Assembly (NCBI RefSeq): GCF_009914755.1
Contig: NC_060932.1
From: the human T2T-CHM13v2.0 reference genome, Homo sapiens
Reading direction: 5' to 3' (one strand)
Length of the DNA stretch: 64,000 bases
The notes under the pieces were generated by a model. The model saw only the letters and a program-made list of their open reading frames with translations. It was not told the DNA's origin and did not search any database. Made by a program: the position numbers and the translations under genes. Below are positions 28,266 to 40,425 of this stretch, piece by piece; within the stretch, counting starts at the first letter, position 1; each line of letters starts with the position of its first letter.

Positions 28266-29444
28266 TGTGTTGGAGTGTCCCCAAGACCACCTCCAGGTTC
28301 AGTAATTTTCTAGAAGGAGTCACGGCATTCATTATACAGTCATACTCATGACTAAGACTTATTACAGGAAAAGAATACACCACAAAATCAGCAAAGGGGA
28401 ACAGGTACATGAGTAGTCTGGAGGAAAACAAGAACAAGGTTCCAAGGGTTTTCTCCCAGTGGAGAAACATGGGACACACTTCTCATAGCAATGAGTCATG
28501 ACCACACATATGAATGTTGAATGTTACTAACAATGGAAGTTCTTTAGAAACTCAGTGCTCAGGGTTTTTAATTGGGGGTGATCATATGGGCAACCTCTGC
28601 CTGGCACATACACAGACTCTCAGAAGGAGGACCGGAGTTCAGCATAAACCATACTGTTTGCACAAACAGTTTAGGCACAATGAGCTACTCTTACCAATGA
28701 GAGATGGTGGGAATCCTCCCAAGGTACAAGTTCCCATACACCAGCCAAGAGCTAGCCTTGTAAGTAGGCCTTTCAGAGAATAGCTGTAACTGTAATAGGT
28801 TTATCACTCCATGCACACAGCAAGTCAATATGCTGAGATGCCAGGTTGGAGCAGAGAAACGGGTTTAATTGTAGGGTCACCAAATGAGGAGATTGGAGGA
28901 AACCATAAATTCATCTCCCCAGGGAACTTGGGGTTAGACTTTTTAAGGACTTTGGAGTGGGTGGAAGTGCAGAAACCATTGATTGGTCAAAGAACGCAGG
29001 ATGAAGACACGGGACAGGCAGATGAAGAAGCTGTAGTCTCATGCTGATCCTTCTGTGTAAGTTTTCTATCCATCTGTGTAAGTTTTCAAACTGGACGCTG
29101 ACATTCAGGGTCTGAAAAACATCTTAAGCAATCCTTAAACAAAGACTTATGATTCTAATGTCAGAGATCCTGTCTATAGGAACAATGGGAATGCAAACCA
29201 ATTTTTAAACAGTCTTATGACCGTAATGTCAGAAATTCTATCTATAGGCACACACTGGGGATGCAGTTGGTCAGAATCTAGTGTTAAGTGACTTTTAGCA
29301 GCAAAGAAGTCAGCCAAAGTGCAGCCTGATTAATGCTTAATCATATCTATATTTCTGTCCAGAACCTGGCATACAATTCTTGTCAGTCTTGCGGGGATGG
29401 CTTCATAGCAGTCAGCCCTGTTATGTTAATTCTTTTTTTGCATG
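28266..29444 (-). mobile_element. MER68-type ERVL LTR interrupted by LTR26
   Basis: ccccaagaccac...caaaatcagcaaaggg...tgtttgcacaaacagtttaggcac; resumes at 29410; 5-bp TSD tagtc at 28261-28265 and 29445-29449. Confidence 0.85.
28785..29405 (-). mobile_element. LTR26-family ERV1 solo LTR
   Basis: TG...CA ends, aagtgcagcctgattaatgcttaat and tctgtccagaacc motifs; 4-bp TSD tagc at 28781-28784 and 29406-29409. Confidence 0.82.
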
Positions 29445-30894
29445 TAGTCCCTGTCTGAAGTCTGTGTAAGTCTGATTTTGTATGTTGTTTCTTAAATTTT
29501 CTGCTAATCTTTCCCATGCAATCTAGTTTTCTGGTTATTTTTGTGCTGCTCCTTGTTATCTGTATGCTGTTAATCATATTTGAACAATACTTTGAAGGAA
29601 TAATTTGAAGCACAGAATAAAGTTATTTTTCCTTAGAAGGAATTTGTTTTTTACATTACTTCTGTTTTGGATCATCTTAAACTAAGTTGAGAGCTTGAGG
29701 GTCTTTGGATAACTCTGGTGATTAGAACCTAAGCTGAAATTCTGGACAAGAGTAGCTTCACTTTTGGTTCATGCTTACACCCAGGGCAAATTCTTATTGT
29801 ATCCCAGTTTATTGTGGCTCCTGGTTAACTAATGATCCTCTGTCATCCCTGGGGTTCATACCTTGATTCCCTGCAGAAGTCATCCAAATGGAATTGCAAG
29901 TTTTTGTGGCTAGATAAATGCCTCCAAGGCAAAAGGATCTTCTGAGCTTGTTTACTTCTCTGGACTCCCATTTTCTCTTCAACTTTGGCCCGGTAATTTC
30001 CCACAGTTTGTCAGTTATTTTTCAACACTTCTAAGAAAGTACTTTTAATACTTTAATCAGCAGGATTGGTAGGGTTTGCTTGCTTACCCTCATTTTTCTC
30101 TCCTATGAAATGGAAACGATAATATTAATGGCACTTTTGCAATGATGTAATGATCATGAGTTATCATGATAACAAAAGAAAATACTTTACAGGCTTTTAA
30201 GCTATCTCTTACTACTGTAGACAGTCTGTCAACTTCTCCTCCCCTAACTGTACCACAGGGTATTTGTTAACTTGGCTTCTGTTCAGATGCATAAGAAGAT
30301 GCATAAGAAGTTTTCTTTTTTCAAATGCCTAAGGAGAGAATAGATTTTTGTTTAAGAGAAAGCTCTTCTGACTCCTCTCCTCCATAATACTAGAAGGAAA
30401 AGAAAAAAGTGGGAAAATGGGGGAAGATGTAGGAAAGTCTCCTGGTCTAGCCCTGTGGAATGAAGGTGATCATCTGTGGGTGATCAGGAGAAACAGAATC
30501 TGCTCTGTGCAAGATGCTCTGTCTGACACTAGCACAAAAGCTATGCTGAAGCCCAGGGAACAGCGTGCCTAACTCTATATGTGAATTTTCTTTCTTGAGA
30601 ACCCAGAGCCCATTTATACTGGAGGCATGGGCAGTGTAGTGGTTATCAACTGTAATGGTGGAAATGAGGCTTCTGTAAGCACTTTTTTAGGCAATATTTT
30701 TTTTATGGACAAGGGAGAGTCAGAGCAGGGAGGAACTTACAAGAAGGAAGAAGGCAAATTACTTCTGCAGATAGTCTTGTTTATGATGTACTGCTTTGGG
30801 GACAATCAGAGATCAATGGAAGACACTTCAAGAGGGGCCGAGATTCTACTATAATGCTAGAGGGGCCTCTTAAATATTCCACAGTTGAGATGAT

Positions 30895-31075
30895 AATAAT
30901 AATACCAAGTGTTTACTTGGCATTGGCCAGATGCTGCTGACTGTTTCACCCTATTGTATGAGACAGGTGCTTTTACTATTTTCGTTTTACAGATGAGGCA
31001 TATCTGAGGCACAGAGAGGTTAAGTTGGGGACTGAAGTGTGGCTCCAGAATCTAAGTTTCTAACTGCCATGCTAT
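30895..31075 (-). mobile_element. MIR SINE
   Basis: ttttacagatgagg...tgaggcacagagaggttaag. Confidence 0.8.
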
Positions 31076-31411
31076 GGTAAGTGAGATTGGTAAGTGCACA
31101 TGAGGAACTCGTGAGCCTCAAAGTCATTCATCAATGCAGCATTCAATGATGGCTTACATGAAGGTATAGAGGTAGGCTCATCACTTTTACCCAAACTCAA
31201 AAAACTGAATTTTTATTAAGAAAGAAGAAAGCATGGAAGATGGGCACCACCCTTCATAAATGGTCATTTAATTGGTTTTGGGTGCATCCCAGGAAATCAA
31301 ATTTCAAAAGCTCCCTAGGTGATTCCAATGTGCAGTTAGTGTTAACAAATACTGTCGTAAGACTTTTTCTTTTTATATTAATTTAAATATCCATTAAAAG
31401 ATAAGAACAGT

Positions 31412-32145
31412 TGAAACCACCTTTTCAAAATGATGACAGTAAGATAAATCTGATATAGTTGGCTCCATCTTGCTTCTGACCTCCTTTGGTCATTCCTGGA
31501 TGTAGGCCAAGGTAACTGTGGGAGGAATTTAGTTTATAGTTTAACTTTGAAGCAAGGATGATAATAGTCTCTCCCTAAAACTACTCCCCTCCTTATTCAG
31601 GGGCTGAAAATACCTTTATCAAACTAATAAAAGGCCACAAGATTAGGATTATGGGAGGGGCCTGAGTTCTGCTAAAATGTGGGCATAGTTTTCATAATCC
31701 CTTTCTGCTCAGGAGTCATGTGGCCAGAGGTCACAATGTTTGTGACTTCCCCAATTGCTACTATAGATAACATCACATTGTGGAACCTAAGATTGTTCTT
31801 TTGAGATGTTTTTCAGACTGACCCCACTGGACTCATGACTCATGGACTCAGCTGGTCCTGTGGCCCTACCCAGAAGTGGACTCAGCACACGAGGACCATT
31901 TCCCACACTCCTGTGATTTCATCCCCAATTATTCAGCAGTACCCTTTCCATAGCCCCTTGCCCACCAAGTTGTCCATAAAAACCCTAGCCTCTGAGCTTT
32001 TGGGGAGATGGAGTTGAGTAATAACTCCATCTACTGCATGGCTGGCCTTGTGTCAATTAAACTTTTTTCTTTACTGCAATAACATGGTCTCAGTGAACTG
32101 ATTTTGTTCATGCAGGAGGCAGGAAAAGCCCCTTGGGTGATTACA
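31412..32145 (+). mobile_element. LTR8A/8B-type ERV1 solo LTR
   Basis: tgaaaccacctttt...ctccatcttgcttctgacc...ggaggaatttagtttatagtttaa...gattaca; 4-bp TSD cagt at 31408-31411 and 32146-32149. Confidence 0.9.
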
Positions 32146-32333
32146 CAGTGGTTCTCAAAGTATGGACCTCCAACCAGCAGCATCAGCAGCATCTGGATAC
32201 TTGCTAGAAATGGAAATTCTCTGGCCCTATTCCAGGCCTTCCAAGTTGGAAACTTTGTGATGGGGCCCAGCACTCTGTGTTTTAACAAGCCCTCTAGGTA
32301 ATTCTGATTCATGTTAAAGTTTGAGAATCACTG
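32146..32333. mobile_element. MER5A hAT-Charlie MITE
   Basis: TIRs cagtggttctcaaag ... tttgagaatcactg; ccagcagcatcagca core. Confidence 0.9.
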
Positions 32334-32409
32334 ATTTTAGACAATTACCACAACTCACTTGCATGTAAGAAAGTTTTATTTTGAAGTCATTGTGTTTAAT
32401 ATTGGATTG

Positions 32410-32858
32410 CTAGCACAATTTACAATTGCAAAGACATGGACCTACCTAAGTGCCCGTCAACTGGTGAGTGGATAAAGAAAATGTGGTATATATACACCAT
32501 GGAATACTACTCAGCTGTAAAAAAGAATTAAGTAATGTCTTTTGCAGCAACTTGGATGGAGCTGGAGGCTATTATTCTAAGTGAGATAACTCAGGAATGA
32601 AAAACCAAATATCATATGTTCTCACTTATAAGTGGGAGCTAAGCTATGAGTGCACAAAGGCATACAGAATGATATAATGAACTTTGGAGACTCAGAAGCA
32701 GGGATGGTGGGAGACAGGTGAGGGATAAAAAACTACATATTGGGTACAACGTACACTACTTGGGTGATGGGTGCACTAAAATCTCAGAATTCACCACTGT
32801 ATAATTCACTCATGTAATCAAAACCACTTGTACTCCAAAAACAATTGATGTAAAAAAT
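32410..32858 (+). mobile_element. L1PB-type 3' end
   Basis: ggataaagaaaatgtggtatatatacaccatgg...gactcagaag...aaactacatattgggtacaacgtacac. Confidence 0.9.
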
Positions 32859-32861
32859 ATC

Positions 32862-33080
32862 AGGGAACAACACATTCTGGGGCCTATCGGAGTGTGGAGG
32901 GTGGAGGGTGGGAGGAGGGAGAGGATCAGGAAAAATAACTAATGGATACTAGGCTTAATATCTGGTTGATGAAATAATCTGTACAACAAACCCCCATGAT
33001 ACAAGTTTATCTACGTAACAAACCTTCACATGTACCTCTGAACTTAAATAAAAGTTAAAATATTAAAAGAAAAGGAAATT
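32862..33080 (+). mobile_element. L1PA13-16-type 3' end in the tail of the L1PB
   Basis: ggaggagggagaggatcaggaaaaataactaatgg...aacttaaataaaagtt. Confidence 0.88.
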
Positions 33081-35009
33081 TTAAAATATATACATTAAAA
33101 AGTAAAAACCAAACCAAAACAAAACAATATTAGATTGTCTAAATGGTTATTTTCCATCTTTGACAGCCAGTATTGCTGTGTTTATCTTTTGTATTTATTT
33201 CTTTATTTTACCCATCTAATTTACCTCATTTTTAGTTAATTTCTCACTATATCCCTGGTAAGTCCATACTGATGGATTTAGTCTAGATGAGATTGTGTAG
33301 TAAACTTTATGCTGCATTTTTCCTCTATGAGACTCAAATAGAAATTATGAATAATTTATCATCTACCAATGGACTGATAATATTTTGGTTAATAAGCCAG
33401 AAATGCAGGAAAACAGAGTAGCTTTTAATTAAGAAACTACATATGCCTCTGAGGAATAAATCAAGAGTTGGAAAATGGTATATAAAACCTAGTCTGTAAC
33501 TTTTCTGAATTTTTTTTGTTATGTGAATTGTAGTAATTATTGCAGTTAGGGAAGTACACACTTGGGAAGCCAGCTGGTGACTTAGACAAGGTCAGAATTA
33601 TTATTTGATAAGGTCATCGCATTCCTGGATCTGGTTCTCAGCTCTGTAGGCCCAGAAATTAATTTTTCAAGCTTGCTCTGGGGTGACATCCTCTGGGCAT
33701 TCTTACCAAACCAAATCCCTAAGAGGCTGATGTGTTGTCCAGAATTCTAATTTATTAACTCATCATTTTAAATATTTAACTTTCAGGGACAGTAGAATGT
33801 TTGTATTGTTATACGTGAATTCTCTTTCTTCTCAGTAAAATTACATAAAAGGACAAATTATAATCAGACGTTTGCTTGGTGAGCATACAGTCAATCCAGG
33901 GAGAATGAATTGGATGATCAAATGTCTATTACATCCATCTTCGCTTGGGGCGCATTTGTAAGAGGGATTGGATACTTATTTCTGGGGTCGGGACATGTCC
34001 TTTCCTGGGTTGTCCTGGCTTCTTTCTTCTTAGAGACCCTTTACTGTCTTTCCTCTGGATCATTCCCTTTTCGTTAATATATTCTTTCTTTATAATGAAG
34101 ACAATGCAATTTATTTGATTATATGTTTTAATAGTCCTTGTCTGTTGAGGCTGTGTCGTAATGAATACAATCCAAACATTACCGAACTCCCCAGTCAACA
34201 ATTTATAGGATTTTTTTAAGGGTAGATGATTTCTTTATTTTTTATAGAAAACCATTCTAAGTTGCTTCCTGTTGATTTCCTATACTTTTATTTACTTTCA
34301 AAGTATAATTTGAATGCTGTGCGTGTGTGTTGTCTGTAGGAGTGGAGGTAAGATGTTTGGCTGTCATTCTGATGTATTTTTTCAAATCTAGGACACCATT
34401 ATTCATGAGAAAAAGTGTATTTTAGAACTAAGAAAAAAAAACCTCTTCTGGTTATGATACAATGTTTTAGCACTTGGACTCTTTATTTTACACTTACAGG
34501 AAGAGCACTTTTAGACTCTCTTGCACATAGATTTTTAAAAAATCATATATCACTCCTCTTCATACTTAAAAAGGAAATAATAAGAAACATAAATTTATTG
34601 AAGTATTACTTAAATGTCATTACATAAGGAATCCTATTCTTCTGAATCATTTCTCAACTTAACAGTTATCGACAGGCATGTTTTCAATACAATGTCACTA
34701 TTAGTGCCATTAAAAGCATTTATGAAGCTGTATTTATTTAAAAGTGCTCTATCACTGATAACCATTTTACAAATTTTAATGACAGTCCATTTCTATTTGA
34801 CTACTCATTTTTTTTTTCTCCATTGAAGCGAACGTAGCTGAGCAGTAAGAACTTATCTTTAAAGTCATCAGGAAGTTTCTGACTAATGGTAGTCCTATGT
34901 AAAATTTGAATTGATCACACCAGAATCTTAGAGCTTTGAAATTTTTTCCCCATTTATTTGGAAAAAAATTGGCAATTTATCTCATCCTTAGCTGCATTGC
35001 TTGGTGTAG

Positions 35010-35155
35010 AGGGGTAATTCTTCAGTACCTTACAACATTGGCATGACCTGGGAGCTCATTAGAAATGCAGAATCTTTGGTTCCTCCTCAAATTTACTGAA
35101 TCAGAATCTGCACATTTAGCATGATCCCCAGATGATTCAAGTTAGAAAAGCATTA
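35010..35155. mobile_element. MER5A1-like MITE
   Basis: acctgggagctcattagaaatgcagaatc...tactgaatcagaatctgca...gatccccagatgattc. Confidence 0.75.
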
Positions 35156-35517
35156 CTATGCATCATAGTTTTATCCACTTGTGGGATTTTTCCTTTATTA
35201 ATTGCTATAATGTTCTTGGTTGCTCCTTTGCAGGAAAATTTGGATTTGTTGTTATTTCTCCAATAATGACTATTTAATCATTTCCAACACCCCTCTATTT
35301 CTGTGTCTTTATGCATACATAATTGTTTGATTTTGATGAATCACCATCTATGTTTTAAGACATTGTAAAAGATCATTACATTCCTTATGCCAACAAGTGC
35401 ACATAATTCAATTGAAGTGATATAATATAAACAATATGAACAATAGCAGTCATGATCCCTGTTCATAGTGACTGTAAAATGACATGACTCAATTTTAAAG
35501 CTATTAAAATATGAGCA

Positions 35518-35566
35518 AAATATGTATGCTTTAGAATTGATGAAATATGTATGCTTTAGAATTGAT
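35518..35566 (+). repeat. perfect 24-bp direct repeat (period 25)
   Basis: aaatatgtatgctttagaattgat at 35518-35541 and 35543-35566. Confidence 0.95.
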
Positions 35567-36697
35567 TAACATTTTGTTAAGTACTAGGCTCTTTCCTACT
35601 CTTTGCTTCAGGCCTTTTGTCCTGCAAGGAAGGAAATGCCAATGGGGTTGGGATTGTATTTCCAGCCCTATATTTAAGGGATGAGAGCTTTCAGGCTGCA
35701 GAGATGGAAATAGTGAACAGAGCTGGGAGAATCCTGCAGGAGGGCAGACCAAGGCTGTGTCTGCAGAGTCAGTCATCCCATTTTGTGAAAATATTTATGT
35801 CTTTGAGTGTTCATCCTCAACACAGCAATAACAGCTTTCCCAACTATGTACAACAAAATTCTCCAGAATCTACATGGCTCTCTGAGTGGCCTTCTTAAAT
35901 TGGATATTTGCATTACCACAAATTTAATCAGGTATAGTCAGTTGCTAGTCCCATAGAGTGGCCCAGGTGTAGGGACAGGGGTAAAAATCTGGTCAAATTA
36001 ACTTGGCTGGTGTAAAATAGGGATATATATTCACTTTACTCCAGAATAGCTGGATTGCTCACTCCATAATTTTTTCTTGGTGTATTCTCAAATGATTCAG
36101 GGCTGTTGTGTAGTCAAAGCATTAAAAAGTTGGAATATTGAGCATAGAACAATCCAAGTTTATCCACATGAAAGCTTTCAGATCTTAAATGACTCCATAT
36201 TTGATTGTCATACAGTCATTTTTTTCTCTCTCTGTTACCAAACATCCTCCTCAGAGACTTATGTATCATGCATTGATGGGAAATGTATTCTTCTGAACTT
36301 TAGTATGTCTTTCAAGATCTTTAGGATAATATTCACACTGAAAGACAACACATGTAATATTTACTAGATTTACTTATTTTTATTTTTAATTAAAAAATAG
36401 AATCAGAGCTTATGCTATTTACTAGATTTAATTTTCCTAAATAGAATGTATGATCTCTATCTGTCTCTTTAGATATTTTTGTATTTGGAGTAAGTGGTTA
36501 CCTGTGAATAGGTGGGAGGAGGCACATCTATTTTGTGGAAAAGGTCCTATAAGCCTCAGAGCTCTTATGCATCAAAGAAAGAGAAAGTTTTGTTTTATTT
36601 TCTTTTTCCAATAGAGAACAAAAATAAGAGACTAATTACTTGGATCTGCCTTTAGTAACCTGTAGCTTCTTGGAAAGCTAAAATGTGCCATGATATC

Positions 36698-37246
36698 TGT
36701 ATTAGTCAGGGTTCTCTAGAGGGACAGAACTAATAGGCTAGATGTATATATGAAGGGGAGTTTACTAAGGAGAATTGACTCACACCATCACAAGGTGAAG
36801 TCCCATAATAGACCATTTGCAAGCTGAGAAGCAAGGAAGCCAGTCCAAGTCCCAAAACCTCAAAAGTAGGGAAGCTGACAGTGCATGCTTCAATCTGTGG
36901 CTGAAAGCCAGAGAGCCCCTGACAAACCACTGGTGTAGGTCTAAGAGTCCAAAAGCTGAAGAACTTGGGGTTTGATGTTTGAAGGCAGGAAGCATCCAGC
37001 ATGGGAGAAAGATAAAGGCTGGAAGATTCAGCAAGTCTGTTCTTTCCAACTTCTTCTGCTTGCTTTATTCTAGCTGTCCTGGCAGCTGATTAGATGGTGC
37101 CCACCCAGATTGAGGGTGGGTCTGCCTCTCCCAGTCCACTGACTCAAATGTTAACCTCCTTTGGCAACACCCTCACAGACACATCCTGGAACAATACTTT
37201 GCATTCTTCAATCCAATCAAGTTGACACTCAGTATTAATCATCACA
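36698..37246 (-). mobile_element. MLT2A2-type (HERV-L) solo LTR
   Basis: 549 bp; tgtattagtcagggttctctagagggacagaac...caatccaatcaagttgacactcagtattaatcatcaca; perfect TSD atatc at 36693-36697 and 37247-37251. Confidence 0.93.
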
Positions 37247-39411
37247 ATATCAAAGAGATGTATTCCTTAAAGCCCTCCTACTTTCTGCACCCCTCCAATA
37301 CTTCTTTATTCTGCATTGACACTGAGACTCCTGTTCTTTTTCCATAATATTTAAAGCTTGCTATCATAAAAATCACATTAACTAGTTCCAATTGGAACTT
37401 GAATATCAAATAGTTAGAGGGCAGACCTAGAATAGTTAAAAATTAAAAACAAAAGAAAACAAAACAACTTTAATCAAGTGGTCATTATATATAAAATTTA
37501 AAATTTGAGAAGGGTGAATTTATTGTTATTAAATTCGTTAGGAGTTATGCAGCTTTATTTTCCAAATCATTATTCTTTCACTGGAATGAAATCGTATTTA
37601 CTTATTATGAGGACTCTATTCTGATATTATTTGCTTACTTTAATGAGTGTCTTCTTCACTGTATTCACCTGGTTCTATTGAAAGATATCTGTAAACTCTT
37701 TCTATTGTACAATTACAAGGTTACAGGACACCAGACCTTTCTAAGATGCTGGCATAAAACCAAGAATATACTTGTACTTCTGTTTCATCACTGTACTTTG
37801 AAACTAACTTTTAAATTAACATGTAAAAAAAATTGATAGCTGTTTACAAAATATAAAGTGGGTAGCTTTGCAATATGGCTTTTTAAATAAAGATTTAAAG
37901 TGCATTCAAAAGCATGTTTAGTGCAGAAATATGTGAGAAGTATTAGAAATACAGGCAAGTGGAAAGGACTATAACTAACCCAAACGTCTACTGTTCAGAG
38001 AGAAGCATTGTGAAAACCAGTTTTCTCATCTTTTCTCTCTTTTCAAATGGGTAGATATGAACATAGATATCTACTGATAAACACATATAATATTTAGAAT
38101 TAACTGCACATGCCATACTGCTTTTTTATTTAATAATAACATATCATAAACCTGGTTTCATGTCAGTAAATATTATAATGTTACTTCCAAGGTGGTATTC
38201 GTGGTGTGGATTTAACATTGTTAATTAAGCAAACTCCTTAATGTTGGACAATGTAACATGAAGTGGACATTTACTAAAAGAGATCCTGGTCACCTTGAAC
38301 TTTGAGTATGAGGCTGTGCTTACATACACAAGGGTTTGGAAAGTGCAAAGAAAAATAGGGTTCAGTGGCGAATTATATGTTGCATATCTGCAAGATATGC
38401 AAGAAAATAAATTGTACTCAACTTTAAAGTTAAGGAGTGGGGACAATATGCATGTAAAATATAATAGGATAGAATTTTCTTTGTCATTCATACAGCCTTA
38501 AGGAAAACAACTCTGAGGACTTTTGTCACGGACTTGAAATTCTCATCTGTGCTTGGACAAGACTCTGAAACATACCAACTGTGTATTTTCCTGCCTTTGG
38601 TAAATCTGGAGCTATTAACTGATTCTAAAGAACATTTGACTTAAAAAGACTATGGAAAGCCCAAAGAATAAAGGTAAAATTTTCAAAGTTGTTCAACCTT
38701 GAAACAGTATAATCATAGGTGACTGTCAACAAATACTTAGTTCATACCATAGCAATTATGATGTGGCATAAGTAGATACTAAAATGCTTTTTTCTTCCTG
38801 GCGTCATAATGAACTTTCATATTTATTGAAGGATAATATTTTCCTCTGAATAATTTCAATTTTTAATCAATATCCTACATCTGCTATTTTAATAACACAT
38901 TTTAAAATGATTGGATTTAAATATACTCACCTAAATTTCCTCACCTAAAGATGTACAGATGCTTCTTGAAAGCTCTTCCTGATGATTTCATACACACACA
39001 TACACATACACATGTATACATGCATGCTGTCTTATTTAATGGCATATAAGACTACAGCTTTTAGGAAGTTGTACTACTCCATTCAATTATTTCTTCCCCC
39101 CTACTTATGTACACATTCCTCAACTTGTTGCACTAATATAATTATAAAAAAGGCATAATCATTTTCCTTCAGGGCCTTATAATTTATGTCCTAGGGTTAT
39201 ACTCATGTAGACATAGAAAATACTAATAAAAAGGCAGTTTATATAAGGAAACGTTATTAAAAAGTACTCTGGGAATATTGGGGTGATAAGATAAATTTAG
39301 TTCTGATTAGCCAAAGTTTCTTGAAGAAATCAAGATTCAAACTATGTCTTAAAGGAAGAGCAAAACTTCCATAGGAAGAGAAGTATCAGGAGGAGAGGTC
39401 TTATAAGTGCC

Positions 39412-40425
39412 CATGGCCCTACTCCTGTGACACTATCTTCTGTCTCCCTGATGCACCTATGGCCTCACTGGCAGTTCCATATAATCAGTTGACAAGGAAG
39501 AGGAGATGACTTGTTTACAGATGATTCTCTGTATGATATGCAGGCACCACCTGAAAGTGGACAGCTGCAGTACTACAGCCCTTCTCAGGGACAGCCCTGA
39601 AGGACAATGGTGAAGGGAAATCCTGTTACCTAGAGATTTTAGTTCCAGAAGAAGGAATACTTTCACCCAGGAGTCACAATGATTCCATTGAACTGGAAGT
39701 TATGACTGACACCCTGCACTTTGGGCTTCTCATGCCTCTGAATCAATAGACAAGGAAGGGAATTACGGTGTTTGCTGGGGTGTTAGATCCTGACCACCAA
39801 GTGGAAGTAAGGAAGAGTATGCCTGGCATACAGGATATCCTTTAGTGCATCTCTTAGTATTACCTTAGTAATTAAAATCAAAGGAAAATTACAGCAATCC
39901 AATCCAGGCAGGAGTGTGAATGGCCTTGAGGAATAAAGGTTTGTGTCATGCCACCAGGTAAAAAACCACGATCATCTGAGGTGCTTGCTAAAGGCCAAGG
40001 GAAATCAGAATAAGTAGTAGAACAAGGTAGTTATAAATGCCAAATATGACCAGTTACTGTAATTGTTATGTGTATTTCCACTTTATTAAGTTATGAATTC
40101 ATTTTTTGAGTATATATACCTAGATTAGGCATATATCTTTGTATTCTTTCCTCTCTTATCCCCTTGTCATGTATAAGATGTGTTGACCTTAATAACAGTA
40201 TTTAAATATTACTAATTTTACATCATAGTGTCAAATTATGGGCTATCAGGAGGAGAGTAAATACCACTCAAAACTTTTATCTCCTCTTCTGGGGAAGGGG
40301 TTAGTGTGTTTTTGGCTATATGCAGGATATTTGTATTATGGTAGGTAGATTGTTACTGTCTTCATTTGAAGATCAAGTATGGCTTAAGGAGCTGTGTATG
40401 GGTGCTGAGTTGACAAGCATGGATT
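39412..40425 (+). pseudogene. ERVL (HERV-L/ERVL-B4) internal remnant: RNase H fragment abutting dUTPase, then 3' region
   Basis: Translates with stops to YAGTT*KWTAAVLQPFSGTALKDNGEGKS then LEILVPEEG...MIPLNWKL...HFGLLMPLNQ...GITVFAGVLDPDHQ. Confidence 0.88.

Noticed and set aside
33929-34201. 90-aa basic minus-strand ORF
   Set aside because: Non-ATG start, no recognisable family, composition explained by a pyrimidine-rich plus strand.
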